From a virus: a stretch of 19,710 bases of DNA. Every line of letters begins with the position of its first letter. Position 1 is the first letter of the stretch. Positions 1 to 6,821 of the stretch are shown one piece after another. The position numbers were made by a program, and so were the translations under genes. Location of the stretch: IMG/VR virus record IMGVR_UViG_3300045988_016630, positions 1 through 19,710 of that record, one strand, 5' to 3'. The notes under the pieces are model-generated. The model saw only the letters and a list, made by a program, of their open reading frames with translations. It was not told the origin of the DNA and did no database searches.

Positions 1-106
1 AGGGGTATGGATTTGTGTGAAGATTTTCCCTTGTGGTTTTTTTTATTTGTGTATTATTTTTTTGTGTTCTGTGTGGTCCTTGACGTTTTGTTTTGTTCAT
101 GCCTCT

Positions 107-135
107 ATTATATTTTTTTTACGCCTGCATGTCAA
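107..135 (-). promoter_or_regulatory. Consensus sigma70/sigmaA-type promoter in ITR-L, firing outward toward position 1
   Basis: The minus strand reads TTGACA (135..130), a 17-nt spacer, then TATAAT (112..107). An A-rich UP-like tract (aaaataaaaaaag) precedes it. Only about 100 nt remain to the genome end. Confidence 0.6.
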
Positions 136-212
136 CTTTTTTTATTTTCGGGCGTGTCGTTTTTTTATTGACGCTGTGTCAATGGTTGTATATGCAACAA
201 TCTGCGTCCGGC

Positions 213-276
213 TAAGTTACGGTTACGTAACCGTAGCTTACTTACCGTCCGGCCGGTAACTGTCTTTTATTTTTTT
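213..276. promoter_or_regulatory. ITR palindrome cluster: 28-bp near-perfect palindrome plus an adjacent hairpin with a T-run
   Basis: TACGGTTACGTAACCGTA (218-235) is a perfect 18-bp palindrome, extendable to 213-240 with one T:G mismatch. TTACCGtccggcCGGTAA (242-259) follows, then ctgtcttttattttttt (T-run to 276) on the inward-reading strand. Confidence 0.5.
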
Positions 277-314
277 GCCTTGTTTTGTTTTTGGGCGTGC
301 TGCCCGTTTGTTTG

Positions 315-323
315 TGTTATGGT
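315..323 (+). promoter_or_regulatory. Candidate inward extended -10 promoter in ITR-L (TGtTATGGT)
   Basis: TGtTATGGT lies about 35 nt upstream of the ATG at 358. It fits the TGnTAnnnT pattern seen at other intergenic sites in this genome. No -35 element was seen. The RBS gagggaaaggaaaaa follows. Confidence 0.3.
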
Positions 324-357
324 GTAGTTATCCGCTTCGAGGGAAAGGAAAAATAAA

Positions 358-558
358 ATGATTAACGATAGCATCATCAAGGATTACGTCGAGGATTACA
401 TCCTGAACAGCGATCAGCAGCTCGATGGCTTCGATATTGATGCGATTGTTGAGGATCTGCATCATGTGGCTTTGGTCAATGGTATGACCATTGAGGAATA
501 TGCCGATTGTGATTCGTTCCCGTCTGATGATTTTATTGAAGCGTTTGAGGAGGCGTGA
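358..558 (+). CDS. Small, highly acidic hypothetical protein (66 aa); DNA-mimic or anti-defence candidate
   Basis: ATG with an ITR-encoded purine-rich RBS (gagggaaaggaaaaataaaATG). Counted by eye: 19 Asp/Glu against 1 Lys. It is the only plus-strand gene and is followed by a strong terminator. Confidence 0.75.
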   Translation: MINDSIIKDYVEDYILNSDQQLDGFDIDAIVEDLHHVALVNGMTIEEYADCDSFPSDDFIEAFEEA

Positions 559-570
559 GAGATAAAGTAA

Positions 571-602
571 AGCCCCTAGGTTATTAACCTAGGGGCTTTT
601 TT
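571..602. terminator. Rho-independent terminator between convergent genes
   Basis: Stem agcccctaggtt (571-582) pairs with aacctaggggct (586-597), followed by a T-run (597-602). It lies between the 358..558 (+) stop and the endolysin (-) stop, so it probably ends the late operon as well. The T-run on the minus strand is weaker (tttac). Confidence 0.85.
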
Positions 603-613
603 ATGCTGTCAAT

Positions 614-1291
614 TTAGGCGAATACGAGATACCACATTGACTTGTCTGCGGGTGCGAGTGCTACGTATCGGGTTTTGCCTGAATAGCCTATGTAGTGTGC
701 CCAAATGTATCCGTCTGCGATCACACCGCCTTCGGATAGGTTGACTGTCTGTCCGTAGTGGTATTGGGCTACGACTTGTGCTGAGGTTGACGGCGCCGAG
801 CGTACGTTGAGCACGTCTACGTTTACTTTGTAGGTTCCTGGAATGATTGTTGCGTTATTGTTTGCCGGTGCTGGCGCTGGGGCGCTTGTTGAGCGTGGGT
901 GAAAGTAGCCGATAATACCGTTCTTAGTGAGGGTCACGTATCCGGCTTTGTTTGGGTTCTGTGACATGGTTTCCAGGGTTCCGTTGCCGTTGTCTCGTAC
1001 TACGATGGCTACGTGGTTCATGCCGTTGCCGTTCCAGAAGGCCACGTCACCGTAAACCGGCGTGTAGTTGCCTGCTTCTCGGCTAAACGTGTTCTGTAGA
1101 GCGCGGGAGCGGTCGTATCGTGCAGTGTAGACGCTTGCGGCGTATCCGTCTACGGTGTTGGTGTCGGCGGCTGGGATGCCGTATACGTTGCGGGCGTAGT
1201 TGCTCCATAGGTCCCAGCATTGCCCGCCGTATGCGCCGTCCATGTCTACTACTTTGCCGTTAACGTTGTTCATCCATTCTTGAATGTTCAT
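614..1291 (-). CDS. Endolysin: N-terminal CHAP amidase/endopeptidase plus C-terminal SH3b-type cell-wall-binding domain
   Basis: CHAP Cys motif DGAYGGQCWDLW and His motif NHVAIVV. An APAPAPA linker precedes a C-terminal SH3-like segment (YKVNVDVLNVRSAPSTSAQVV...GYIWAHY). It sits directly after the holin (TAA-c-ATG) with RBS ggaaggaaaa. Confidence 0.9.
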   Translation of the reverse strand: MNIQEWMNNVNGKVVDMDGAYGGQCWDLWSNYARNVYGIPAADTNTVDGYAASVYTARYDRSRALQNTFSREAGNYTPVYGDVAFWNGNGMNHVAIVVRDNGNGTLETMSQNPNKAGYVTLTKNGIIGYFHPRSTSAPAPAPANNNATIIPGTYKVNVDVLNVRSAPSTSAQVVAQYHYGQTVNLSEGGVIADGYIWAHYIGYSGKTRYVALAPADKSMWYLVFA

Positions 1292-1292
1292 G

Positions 1293-1664
1293 TTAGTTTT
1301 CCTTCCTATGTTTGGGGGTATTGGTGTTTGCGAATACGCTCATGAATGGTGCGTCTGCTAGTTCGGGGTTGATGGCGGTAATGTTTTCCAGGATGGACGT
1401 AAGTTCGATGAGGCTGATGCCGCCTACGGTGCAGACGAACACGCTGACCGGCAGTCCAAGATCTACATGTAAGTTAATCATGTCCACGAAATAGGCTACC
1501 AAGGTGAGCATGAGATAGGCGAACTTGTGCCATAAGCCTTGCCGCATTTTCTGGGAGCTGAGCGTGTCGTTTAAGATGGCTTTTGCAATGCCTGTCACGT
1601 AGTCCACAATGATGAAGAATATTACTGCGAATATACACCATATGTCCGTTGTCGTCATTGTCAT
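1293..1664 (-). CDS. Holin (phage_holin_4 / LL-H-type family look-alike)
   Basis: 123 aa with hydrophobic segments. The motif VDYVTGIAKAIL...SSQKMRQGLWHKFAYLML is typical of that holin family. It has an M-T-M dual-start arrangement, RBS aaggaaa, and lies immediately upstream of the endolysin. Confidence 0.8.
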   Translation of the reverse strand: MTMTTTDIWCIFAVIFFIIVDYVTGIAKAILNDTLSSQKMRQGLWHKFAYLMLTLVAYFVDMINLHVDLGLPVSVFVCTVGGISLIELTSILENITAINPELADAPFMSVFANTNTPKHRKEN

Positions 1665-1675
1665 TGATTGTTTCC

Positions 1676-2743
1676 TTACTTTCCTAGTAATTCTCCTATG
1701 ATCAAACCAAAGTCGGCTTTTGTTTGTGAGTCGTCGAACCGTATTTTCCCCAGTCGATATCCGGTGGTGAGTCGTCTTATGATATCATCCGATTTTTTGA
1801 CGTACCATGTTTTTTCGTCAACATGGTTCGGGTCTAACGTGTAGACGGGGCGATTGTTGTCTTTGGGTATGCGCCGTGAAACATATTGTGAAACATGTCC
1901 GTCGCGTTCGGACACGGAAACCCATACGCCGAAACGTGCATAGTCGGTAGTGTCCAGCACGTATGAGAGTTCGCCATCGCTAGGTATAGGCGCTAGCAAT
2001 GTGTCTGATTCATCGCGGAATTTGTTTCTGATCGCGTAATCTGCGTAGTCGCTGTCGTATTGTTCCAAGAATCTGCCGAACTTGGATTGTGCGACTTTCG
2101 CACTGAATCCGCCATAGTCGGCCAGTTCGAGACATACGAACCCACCGCAATACAACTTGTATTGTTGCTGGTTGGCTTGCTGGGAACCAATGTCGAGTCG
2201 GTATTTCGCGAAATACGGGTTAGCCTTTTGTACTGCGTTAGAGAGGAATAGAACTTTTGTTCTATCCTGCCAACGGTCAACAGTATTGTAAAACTCGCTG
2301 AAACTGTTCACTTCGTTGCTCAGAAAGCGTAAATTGTCGGGGAAGATCTCGTCGAAAATAATAAGATGCACTTTCGGATAGGCGACCGACTTGAGCCCGC
2401 CCGCTTGCGAGAGCGCGACGAAATAACAGCATGTCCGCCAATCCTTCTCGTCCCATGACGTCTTATGCAATTGCCCTTTTTCACCATTCACGCGAAATTC
2501 GTAGGAGGGGAAGAACTCTTGAATGTCCTTGAAGAACGTTTCCTTACGGTGTTGTTCCACATCTGTGCGGCGCAAATAAATGAACTCATGGCCGTGCTTG
2601 ATGTATTCCTTGATTCCGTATCGTTTCGCGGCGAACGTTTTGCCCAGACCACGCGCGCCGATTATGAAATTCCATGGAGCGTTTCGCGTCAACAGATTAT
2701 GCAGATCGTAATAATCGTTTTCGTCAAGCGTCTGCAATGTCAT
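1676..2743 (-). CDS. DNA encapsidation (packaging) ATPase, phi29 gp16-like
   Basis: Walker A NFIIGARGLGKTFA, Walker B-like LIIFDEIF, and FLSNAV..NPYF, collinear with remembered phi29 gp16 (NFVIGARGIGKSYA, IVFDEF, CLSNAVSVVNPYF). Start moved to ATG 2743, which has RBS tcAGGAGGtttgcaatcATG. The upstream ORF extension has no RBS. Confidence 0.93.
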   Translation of the reverse strand: MTLQTLDENDYYDLHNLLTRNAPWNFIIGARGLGKTFAAKRYGIKEYIKHGHEFIYLRRTDVEQHRKETFFKDIQEFFPSYEFRVNGEKGQLHKTSWDEKDWRTCCYFVALSQAGGLKSVAYPKVHLIIFDEIFPDNLRFLSNEVNSFSEFYNTVDRWQDRTKVLFLSNAVQKANPYFAKYRLDIGSQQANQQQYKLYCGGFVCLELADYGGFSAKVAQSKFGRFLEQYDSDYADYAIRNKFRDESDTLLAPIPSDGELSYVLDTTDYARFGVWVSVSERDGHVSQYVSRRIPKDNNRPVYTLDPNHVDEKTWYVKKSDDIIRRLTTGYRLGKIRFDDSQTKADFGLIIGELLGK

Positions 2744-2765
2744 GATTGCAAACCTCCTGAAACTA

Positions 2766-2801
2766 GTGGAGGGCGTGCGCCATGACTCGCACGCCCTCCA
2801 C
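2766..2801 (-). other. Intercistronic GC-rich hairpin (14-bp perfect stem) between the lysin and ATPase genes
   Basis: gtggagggcgtgcg (2766-2779) pairs with cgcacgccctccac (2788-2801) around an 8-nt loop. The minus-strand tail is only tagttt, so it is at best a weak terminator, attenuator or stability element. Confidence 0.4.
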
Positions 2802-2876
2802 CAACCTATCATCTGGCGGCCGTTCAAAAGGGAAAGGTCATCACATAACCACCGCCATTATCAAGTATACCACACT

Positions 2877-4088
2877 TTAGAACGCTGGCGGATTAGACTT
2901 GCCATCCCACACACTCAATAGCGAATATGCCTGATTATACCGTGTCGTATACGGGCCGAACGGGAACGTGCTCAGAATGTTGTTTTTGAGCTGTTCGAGG
3001 TTCGACGCCTTCGGCACCTTCAACGCGTTCGCCGGTGACTGGTGATATGCCGTCACCCAAAGAATCTGCATTTTCGTGTCGCTATACTCTTTGGGGTAGT
3101 CTGCGTAGTCTTCCGCGAACTGTTTGCGCTGTCCGTCACGCGACTCACTACGTGCCGCCCACGTTCTGAACGCGGCCGCCTCCACTGAGGTGAGGGAACG
3201 TTTGAACGTGCCGCCCGACTCCATGAGCGCGGCTATTTCAGGCGCGGCGGTTTTGAATGCCTCATATCCGGTTGGGTCGGCGGTTTTCATGGCGTTGAGC
3301 ACTTGCAGGCGGCGTTCGAAACTCCATTGCGCAATGCCGATACCTTGCAAATTGGCGGCTTCGACTGCATCCCAGCGCAAACCGGACTCAACCGTGCCGA
3401 CCACATAGAGCGCGTACGAGTTTTCCGTACTGACCGAGCTGGACGGGTGCCCCTGTCCTTGCGAGTCGGACGGCTGGGATTGTGACGCTTTTTCCGAAAA
3501 ATTATTGGCAGTAGTACGGTAAAAGATCCGTGTCCGCGTCCCGGCATTGTCGGTCTCGTGCAAGTAGAGGTTGTCGCCCTGCCAGTGTATCCACGCTCCC
3601 CCGCGTGACGTGTCGGGGTTGCCCTGGTTGTTGTTGCCGGTCGGATTGTCCACGTCCGGTTTCGGCATGGTACGGGGATGCAAGTAGCCTAATAGTCCGG
3701 TGGTGGGGAACCATTTCAACGCGCTGGCGTCGGGGTTTTGTGTGATAACGTAGATTTGCTCGTCTTTTACGCCATCTGCCGCGACTATCGCCACGTGCGT
3801 ATAGGGAGTATACGTGCTATATCCCCATATGGCCACGTCTCCCGCTACGGGCGAGTACCCATTGGCTGGAATGCGTTCGTACACTTGTTCGCACCGTGCT
3901 GACACGGGGTATGCGGTATATAAGCCGCCCGCATAACCGGTGGGGGTTATGCAATCCTGGATACTCATGCCGTACATATCCATGGAATATTTCGCCCATA
4001 GGTCCCAGCATTGCGCCCCGTATGCGCCGTCCATATCCCAGTAGCGGCCTTGCGTCTGCCTAATCCAATCTTCAAAAGTAATAGCCAT
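2877..4088 (-). CDS. Virion-associated peptidoglycan hydrolase (phi29 gp13 position): N-terminal CHAP domain plus C-terminal putative lysozyme/transglycosylase-like domain
   Basis: The CHAP motifs DGAYGAQCWDLW and THVAIVA are closely similar to those of the endolysin. The C-terminal half contains VESGLRWD...GIGIAQWS, which resembles an E-S...G-x-x-Q glycosidase motif (weak call). It lies between the tail fibre and the ATPase, as gp13 does in phi29. Confidence 0.8.
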   Translation of the reverse strand: MAITFEDWIRQTQGRYWDMDGAYGAQCWDLWAKYSMDMYGMSIQDCITPTGYAGGLYTAYPVSARCEQVYERIPANGYSPVAGDVAIWGYSTYTPYTHVAIVAADGVKDEQIYVITQNPDASALKWFPTTGLLGYLHPRTMPKPDVDNPTGNNNQGNPDTSRGGAWIHWQGDNLYLHETDNAGTRTRIFYRTTANNFSEKASQSQPSDSQGQGHPSSSVSTENSYALYVVGTVESGLRWDAVEAANLQGIGIAQWSFERRLQVLNAMKTADPTGYEAFKTAAPEIAALMESGGTFKRSLTSVEAAAFRTWAARSESRDGQRKQFAEDYADYPKEYSDTKMQILWVTAYHQSPANALKVPKASNLEQLKNNILSTFPFGPYTTRYNQAYSLLSVWDGKSNPPAF

Positions 4089-4113
4089 GCCACCATTATA
4101 GTGGCATGGCTAT
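4081..4113 (-). other. 13-bp perfect hairpin spanning the start codon of the virion lysin gene, with TATAAT in the loop
   Basis: atagccatgccac (4081-4093) pairs with gtggcatggctat (4101-4113). The loop on the minus strand is TATAATG. The minus strand reads TATAAT-ggtggc-ATG(4088). No usable Shine-Dalgarno lies at normal spacing. Confidence 0.6.
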
Positions 4114-4130
4114 GTGTGGATTATCGGAGA

Positions 4131-5591
4131 CTAAGCGGCGTAGGATGCCATGAAACTCGCATGCCCTTGGTCGGATACAGTCGGATTATATACTCCCCAG
4201 ATTCCGTCTGGCTGAATGAACCCCAGCCGCGGAGTGTTGGTGGAACCACCTGTGACTATCCACGCCCAAATATTGTGACGTGGATGCGCCCATTTCGCCA
4301 TGGTTCCACCCTTGCCCTCTCCGATTGATGGAATATCGCCCTGTCCGTCTACCGTGACAACTCCGTTTTGCAGAGTGAACTCCACCGGCATGGAGCCGAA
4401 CATGGAGACGGCGTACGCATGTCGGCCGCGATAGCTGTCCCGGCACGCCGTGTAGAGATATTTTGCGATAGATTTGGCTCCAGTCTCGTTAGGGTGAATG
4501 TCTCCCGACGGGAACCAACTGTCTTCGCCCTTGCACCAAACGTAGGCGCTGTCCGCCACCACGACGCGACGGTTTCCGGTCGCGGCGGTGATCGCACCGT
4601 TGAGCAGTGCGTAATATTTCCTCATTCCGCCTTCGTCGAGAGTGGCATGGTCGAAGAGCATTGGGGCGATCACGATGATCGCGTTCGGAAACGCCGTTTC
4701 CATTGCCACAACTACGTCACGCGCCTTGGTTAGTCCGGTGTTGTAGTCCAGGATGTCGTTACGTCCACCGGCGCATACGGCGACCTTGATCTTGTTTTTG
4801 TCCACACTGGTATCGGCCACGCAATTAGCAACCTGCTGGGCAAACGTCGGAATGCCGGACACGTTAAAACCGGCACCGCTCTTCGCATAGTTTTTCCACT
4901 GCAATTTCGGAAACATGGTGGACAATTGGTATGACCACGTATGCTCCCTTTGCGTGCTGTCGGCGTACGAGTCACCAAACGTCACTAAATATCCGTCCTC
5001 ATATTGCGCTTGCCCCAGTTTTTCCAGAATCTGCGCAATCTGCGCGGAATTATTGCCCACCGAAGTGGATAGTGTGGTGATGTCCGTAGTGTTTTTATCC
5101 CACTTCGTCCTGTTTGCGGTGGCGTGCGCGGTGGTGTCGGCCCCTAGCGCGGTGAGGATGGTTTTGTTCGAGTCGGCCTTGCTGATTGCGGTGGTGGCGT
5201 CCACTCCCGCTTTGTCCCACTTGGTTTTCGCGTCGGTGGCGTGCGCGGCGGTGTCCGCGCCGAGCGCGGCGAGAATGGCGCTGTTATTGTCTGCCTTGCC
5301 TGCGGCCGCGGTAGCGGCGGTAGTGGCGGCGGTGGCGTCCACTCCTGCTTTATCCCATTTGTTTTTCGCCGTGGTGGCGTTGTCCACCGTGTTTTCTCCA
5401 AGCAGCGCCTTGACCACTTCCTCATCGTGTGTTTCACGCGACTCCACGGCTTCGATGCGATTAAGATGCGTTTCGAGCGTGGAATCAATGGTGCGCATGG
5501 AGCCGTTATATCCGTCGCGCAAATCAGCGGGGTCGCTGTCGCCGTAAAGATTCAGCCCGTAATTGTCGGTTTTGTCGTAGATGGTGCTCAT
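4131..5591 (-). CDS. Tail fibre/appendage protein with an N-terminal anchor motif, imperfect tandem repeats and an SGNH/GDSL esterase domain
   Basis: N-terminus NYGLNLYGDSDPADLRDGYNGSMRTID. Repeats of type TKWDKAGVDAT...ALGADT.AHAT. SGNH blocks: FGDSYADS (block I), CAGGRND (block III), GDIHPNETG (block V). ATGA overlap with the upstream ORF. Confidence 0.8.
   Translation of the reverse strand: MSTIYDKTDNYGLNLYGDSDPADLRDGYNGSMRTIDSTLETHLNRIEAVESRETHDEEVVKALLGENTVDNATTAKNKWDKAGVDATAATTAATAAAGKADNNSAILAALGADTAAHATDAKTKWDKAGVDATTAISKADSNKTILTALGADTTAHATANRTKWDKNTTDITTLSTSVGNNSAQIAQILEKLGQAQYEDGYLVTFGDSYADSTQREHTWSYQLSTMFPKLQWKNYAKSGAGFNVSGIPTFAQQVANCVADTSVDKNKIKVAVCAGGRNDILDYNTGLTKARDVVVAMETAFPNAIIVIAPMLFDHATLDEGGMRKYYALLNGAITAATGNRRVVVADSAYVWCKGEDSWFPSGDIHPNETGAKSIAKYLYTACRDSYRGRHAYAVSMFGSMPVEFTLQNGVVTVDGQGDIPSIGEGKGGTMAKWAHPRHNIWAWIVTGGSTNTPRLGFIQPDGIWGVYNPTVSDQGHASFMASYAA
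5013..5366 (-). repeat. Imperfect in-frame tandem repeats inside the tail fibre gene (units of 46, 39 and about 33 codons)
   Basis: KWDK-encoding tttRtcccaYtt recurs at 5094, 5211 and 5349 (spacings 117 and 138 nt), with similar flanking sequence. Confidence 0.8.
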
Positions 5592-5770
5592 TGGTTTGCC
5601 CCTTTGGTTTCGCGGATGAGGGTTTCGAGTTGGTGTATGAGTCGGTCGATCATCACCATTGCCCGATTATATCCGTCGCGCAGATCGGACGGGGTATCGT
5701 CGGTGTAGAGAGGTAGTCCGTAGGTTGTGGTGTGCTCGTACATGTCGCGGTTTTCGTCATTTTCATTCAT
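5588..5770 (-). CDS. Small structural protein (60 aa) carrying only the fibre-type N-terminal anchor motif
   Basis: TYGLPLYTDDTPSDLRDGYNRAMVMID parallels the N-terminus of the 486-aa fibre. ATG 5770 overlaps the upstream stop as ATGA, and its own stop overlaps the fibre ATG as ATGA. RBS gagaggaag. Confidence 0.6.
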   Translation of the reverse strand: MNENDENRDMYEHTTTYGLPLYTDDTPSDLRDGYNRAMVMIDRLIHQLETLIRETKGANQ

Positions 5771-6165
5771 TTTTCTTCCTCTCTGATGTAGATGCAGTTC
5801 CCGCATGAATAAAAATCGGTCACCCCGTCCGTGACTATCGTCCCGGCTTTGGTGGGGTTTTCCCCATTTACAAGCGAGTTGAGAAATGCGATGTACGCGA
5901 CTTTGAGTTGTTCACTCCACACGAGAATGACCTGATCCGCCAACGAGTTTGATGCTGAACCCGTTGGAATGTCGTTTATGGACAACACTGTCCCCCCCGG
6001 TAGTGTTGCCCTCACGTTCGTGCCGTCTGGATCCTTTTGCACGTCGAACCCCGCTTGAGAGCATACTTCATCGAGCGCGATATTAAGCTGGGTTTTAAAG
6101 TCGCGGCCTTCGAAAGTCGCCCCATGAACGGTTATCGAGCTTATCGTTTTTTTAATATCCATCAT
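5767..6165 (-). CDS. Hypothetical tail/structural protein (132 aa)
   Basis: ATGA overlaps on both sides, RBS aagggggaATG. No motif recognised. Confidence 0.65.
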   Translation of the reverse strand: MMDIKKTISSITVHGATFEGRDFKTQLNIALDEVCSQAGFDVQKDPDGTNVRATLPGGTVLSINDIPTGSASNSLADQVILVWSEQLKVAYIAFLNSLVNGENPTKAGTIVTDGVTDFYSCGNCIYIREEEK

Positions 6166-6788
6166 TCCCCCTTCTTTTCATGGACGATGAAATATGTCGC
6201 TTGGGTTCCCGGTGACGTGACTCTGTCGACTGGGATATATCCTTTTTCCGGTGATGTCGGTGGCGGTGTCGGCGGCTGATTCTGAGGTCGGGGCGTTACC
6301 CGCGGTTCTTCGTTGCCGAAAATCTCACGGTTGCCTAACACCGCCCAAGTGATGCAATCATGCTGTGCCGCCTGAGCCGTGGTTACGGTAGCCATCTGAT
6401 TAACCCGCGCGCCGAACACGGCCAATTCGCGGTACATGTCACGATTAGTGTTTTTCGAGTCCTCGTACTTGCCACGTGTCGGATTATAGGTAAGGGCACT
6501 GTCTTCGTATTGTCCGACCTGCCTTTCCAAGTCATCCAGGGTTTCATTGATGCGCTCGAACTGCTCGTTGAAACCGGCTATCAGCTGCTTGATGGCTTCG
6601 ACGTCCGCGTTCTCGTCCTTGGCGAGATTGTCGAGCTGTTCCCCGAGCTGGTCGAGATGCTCGGCCACCTCCTGCACGTATCCTAATACGGTCAACGTGT
6701 CGCGGTACGAGAACGGTTGCACGGTGGTGAAATACCGTTGCCGCGGGTCGATATCCAAGGGGGCGGCGCACATGTTGATTCCGTCCAT
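6162..6788 (-). CDS. Hypothetical structural protein with a coiled-coil-like acidic segment and a Pro-rich C-terminal part (208 aa)
   Basis: Start set to ATG 6788 (ttGGAGGatatATG) rather than the TTG at 6809. Heptad-like EQLDNLAKDENADVEAIKQLIAGFNEQFERINETLDDLERQ. PRPQNQPPTPPPTSP near the C-terminus. Confidence 0.7.
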   Translation of the reverse strand: MDGINMCAAPLDIDPRQRYFTTVQPFSYRDTLTVLGYVQEVAEHLDQLGEQLDNLAKDENADVEAIKQLIAGFNEQFERINETLDDLERQVGQYEDSALTYNPTRGKYEDSKNTNRDMYRELAVFGARVNQMATVTTAQAAQHDCITWAVLGNREIFGNEEPRVTPRPQNQPPTPPPTSPEKGYIPVDRVTSPGTQATYFIVHEKKGE

Positions 6789-6821
6789 ATATCCTCCAAT
6801 CTGTCTCAAGTCAAGTATACT

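Larger units (their letters stand above)
1..360. repeat. Left inverted terminal repeat (ITR-L), 360 bp
   Basis: Bases 1..360 are the exact reverse complement of 19351..19710, checked block by block for 1-16 and 261-360. Identical 80-aa ORFs at 17..259 and 19452..19694 cover the middle. Identity ends right after the ATG at 358-360: base 361 is a, while the complement of 19350 is t. Confidence 0.97.

Noticed and set aside
17-259. 80-aa ORF inside ITR-L, with an identical copy at 19452..19694 in ITR-R
   Set aside because: It has a GTG start, no RBS, and a low-complexity Phe/Cys/Ile-rich translation of a T-rich regulatory region. It spans the promoter and palindromes. Its duplication is simply a consequence of the ITR.
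2744-2827. N-terminal extensions of track ORFs: ATPase to 2827, tail knob to 10920, polymerase to 14850, portal to 8581, scaffold to 12985, and 6162..6809.
   Set aside because: In each case an internal ATG has a well-spaced Shine-Dalgarno sequence and aligns with the phi29 homologue's N-terminus. The extensions begin at TTG/GTG or unsupported ATGs and overlap hairpins or the upstream gene.
5144-5488. Pro/Arg-rich 114-aa minus-strand ORF, plus other internal alternative-frame ORFs (3287..3547, 3502..3714, 4186..4446, 4349..4597, 4730..4978, 6544..6771, 7193..7444, 9506..9859, 10322..10588, 11149..11481, 13304..13735, 13890..14237, 15145..15438)
   Set aside because: They are off-frame overlaps within well-supported genes, several of them in the GC-rich repeat region. 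Their compositions are biased and none has an RBS.
2934-6488. Additional minus-strand TATAAT hexamers inside coding sequence (2934-2939, 4185-4190, 5666-5671, 6483-6488; also 8625-8630 in a hairpin arm)
   Set aside because: None has an upstream TG or a -35 element, and all lie within genes. They are expected by chance at this base composition.
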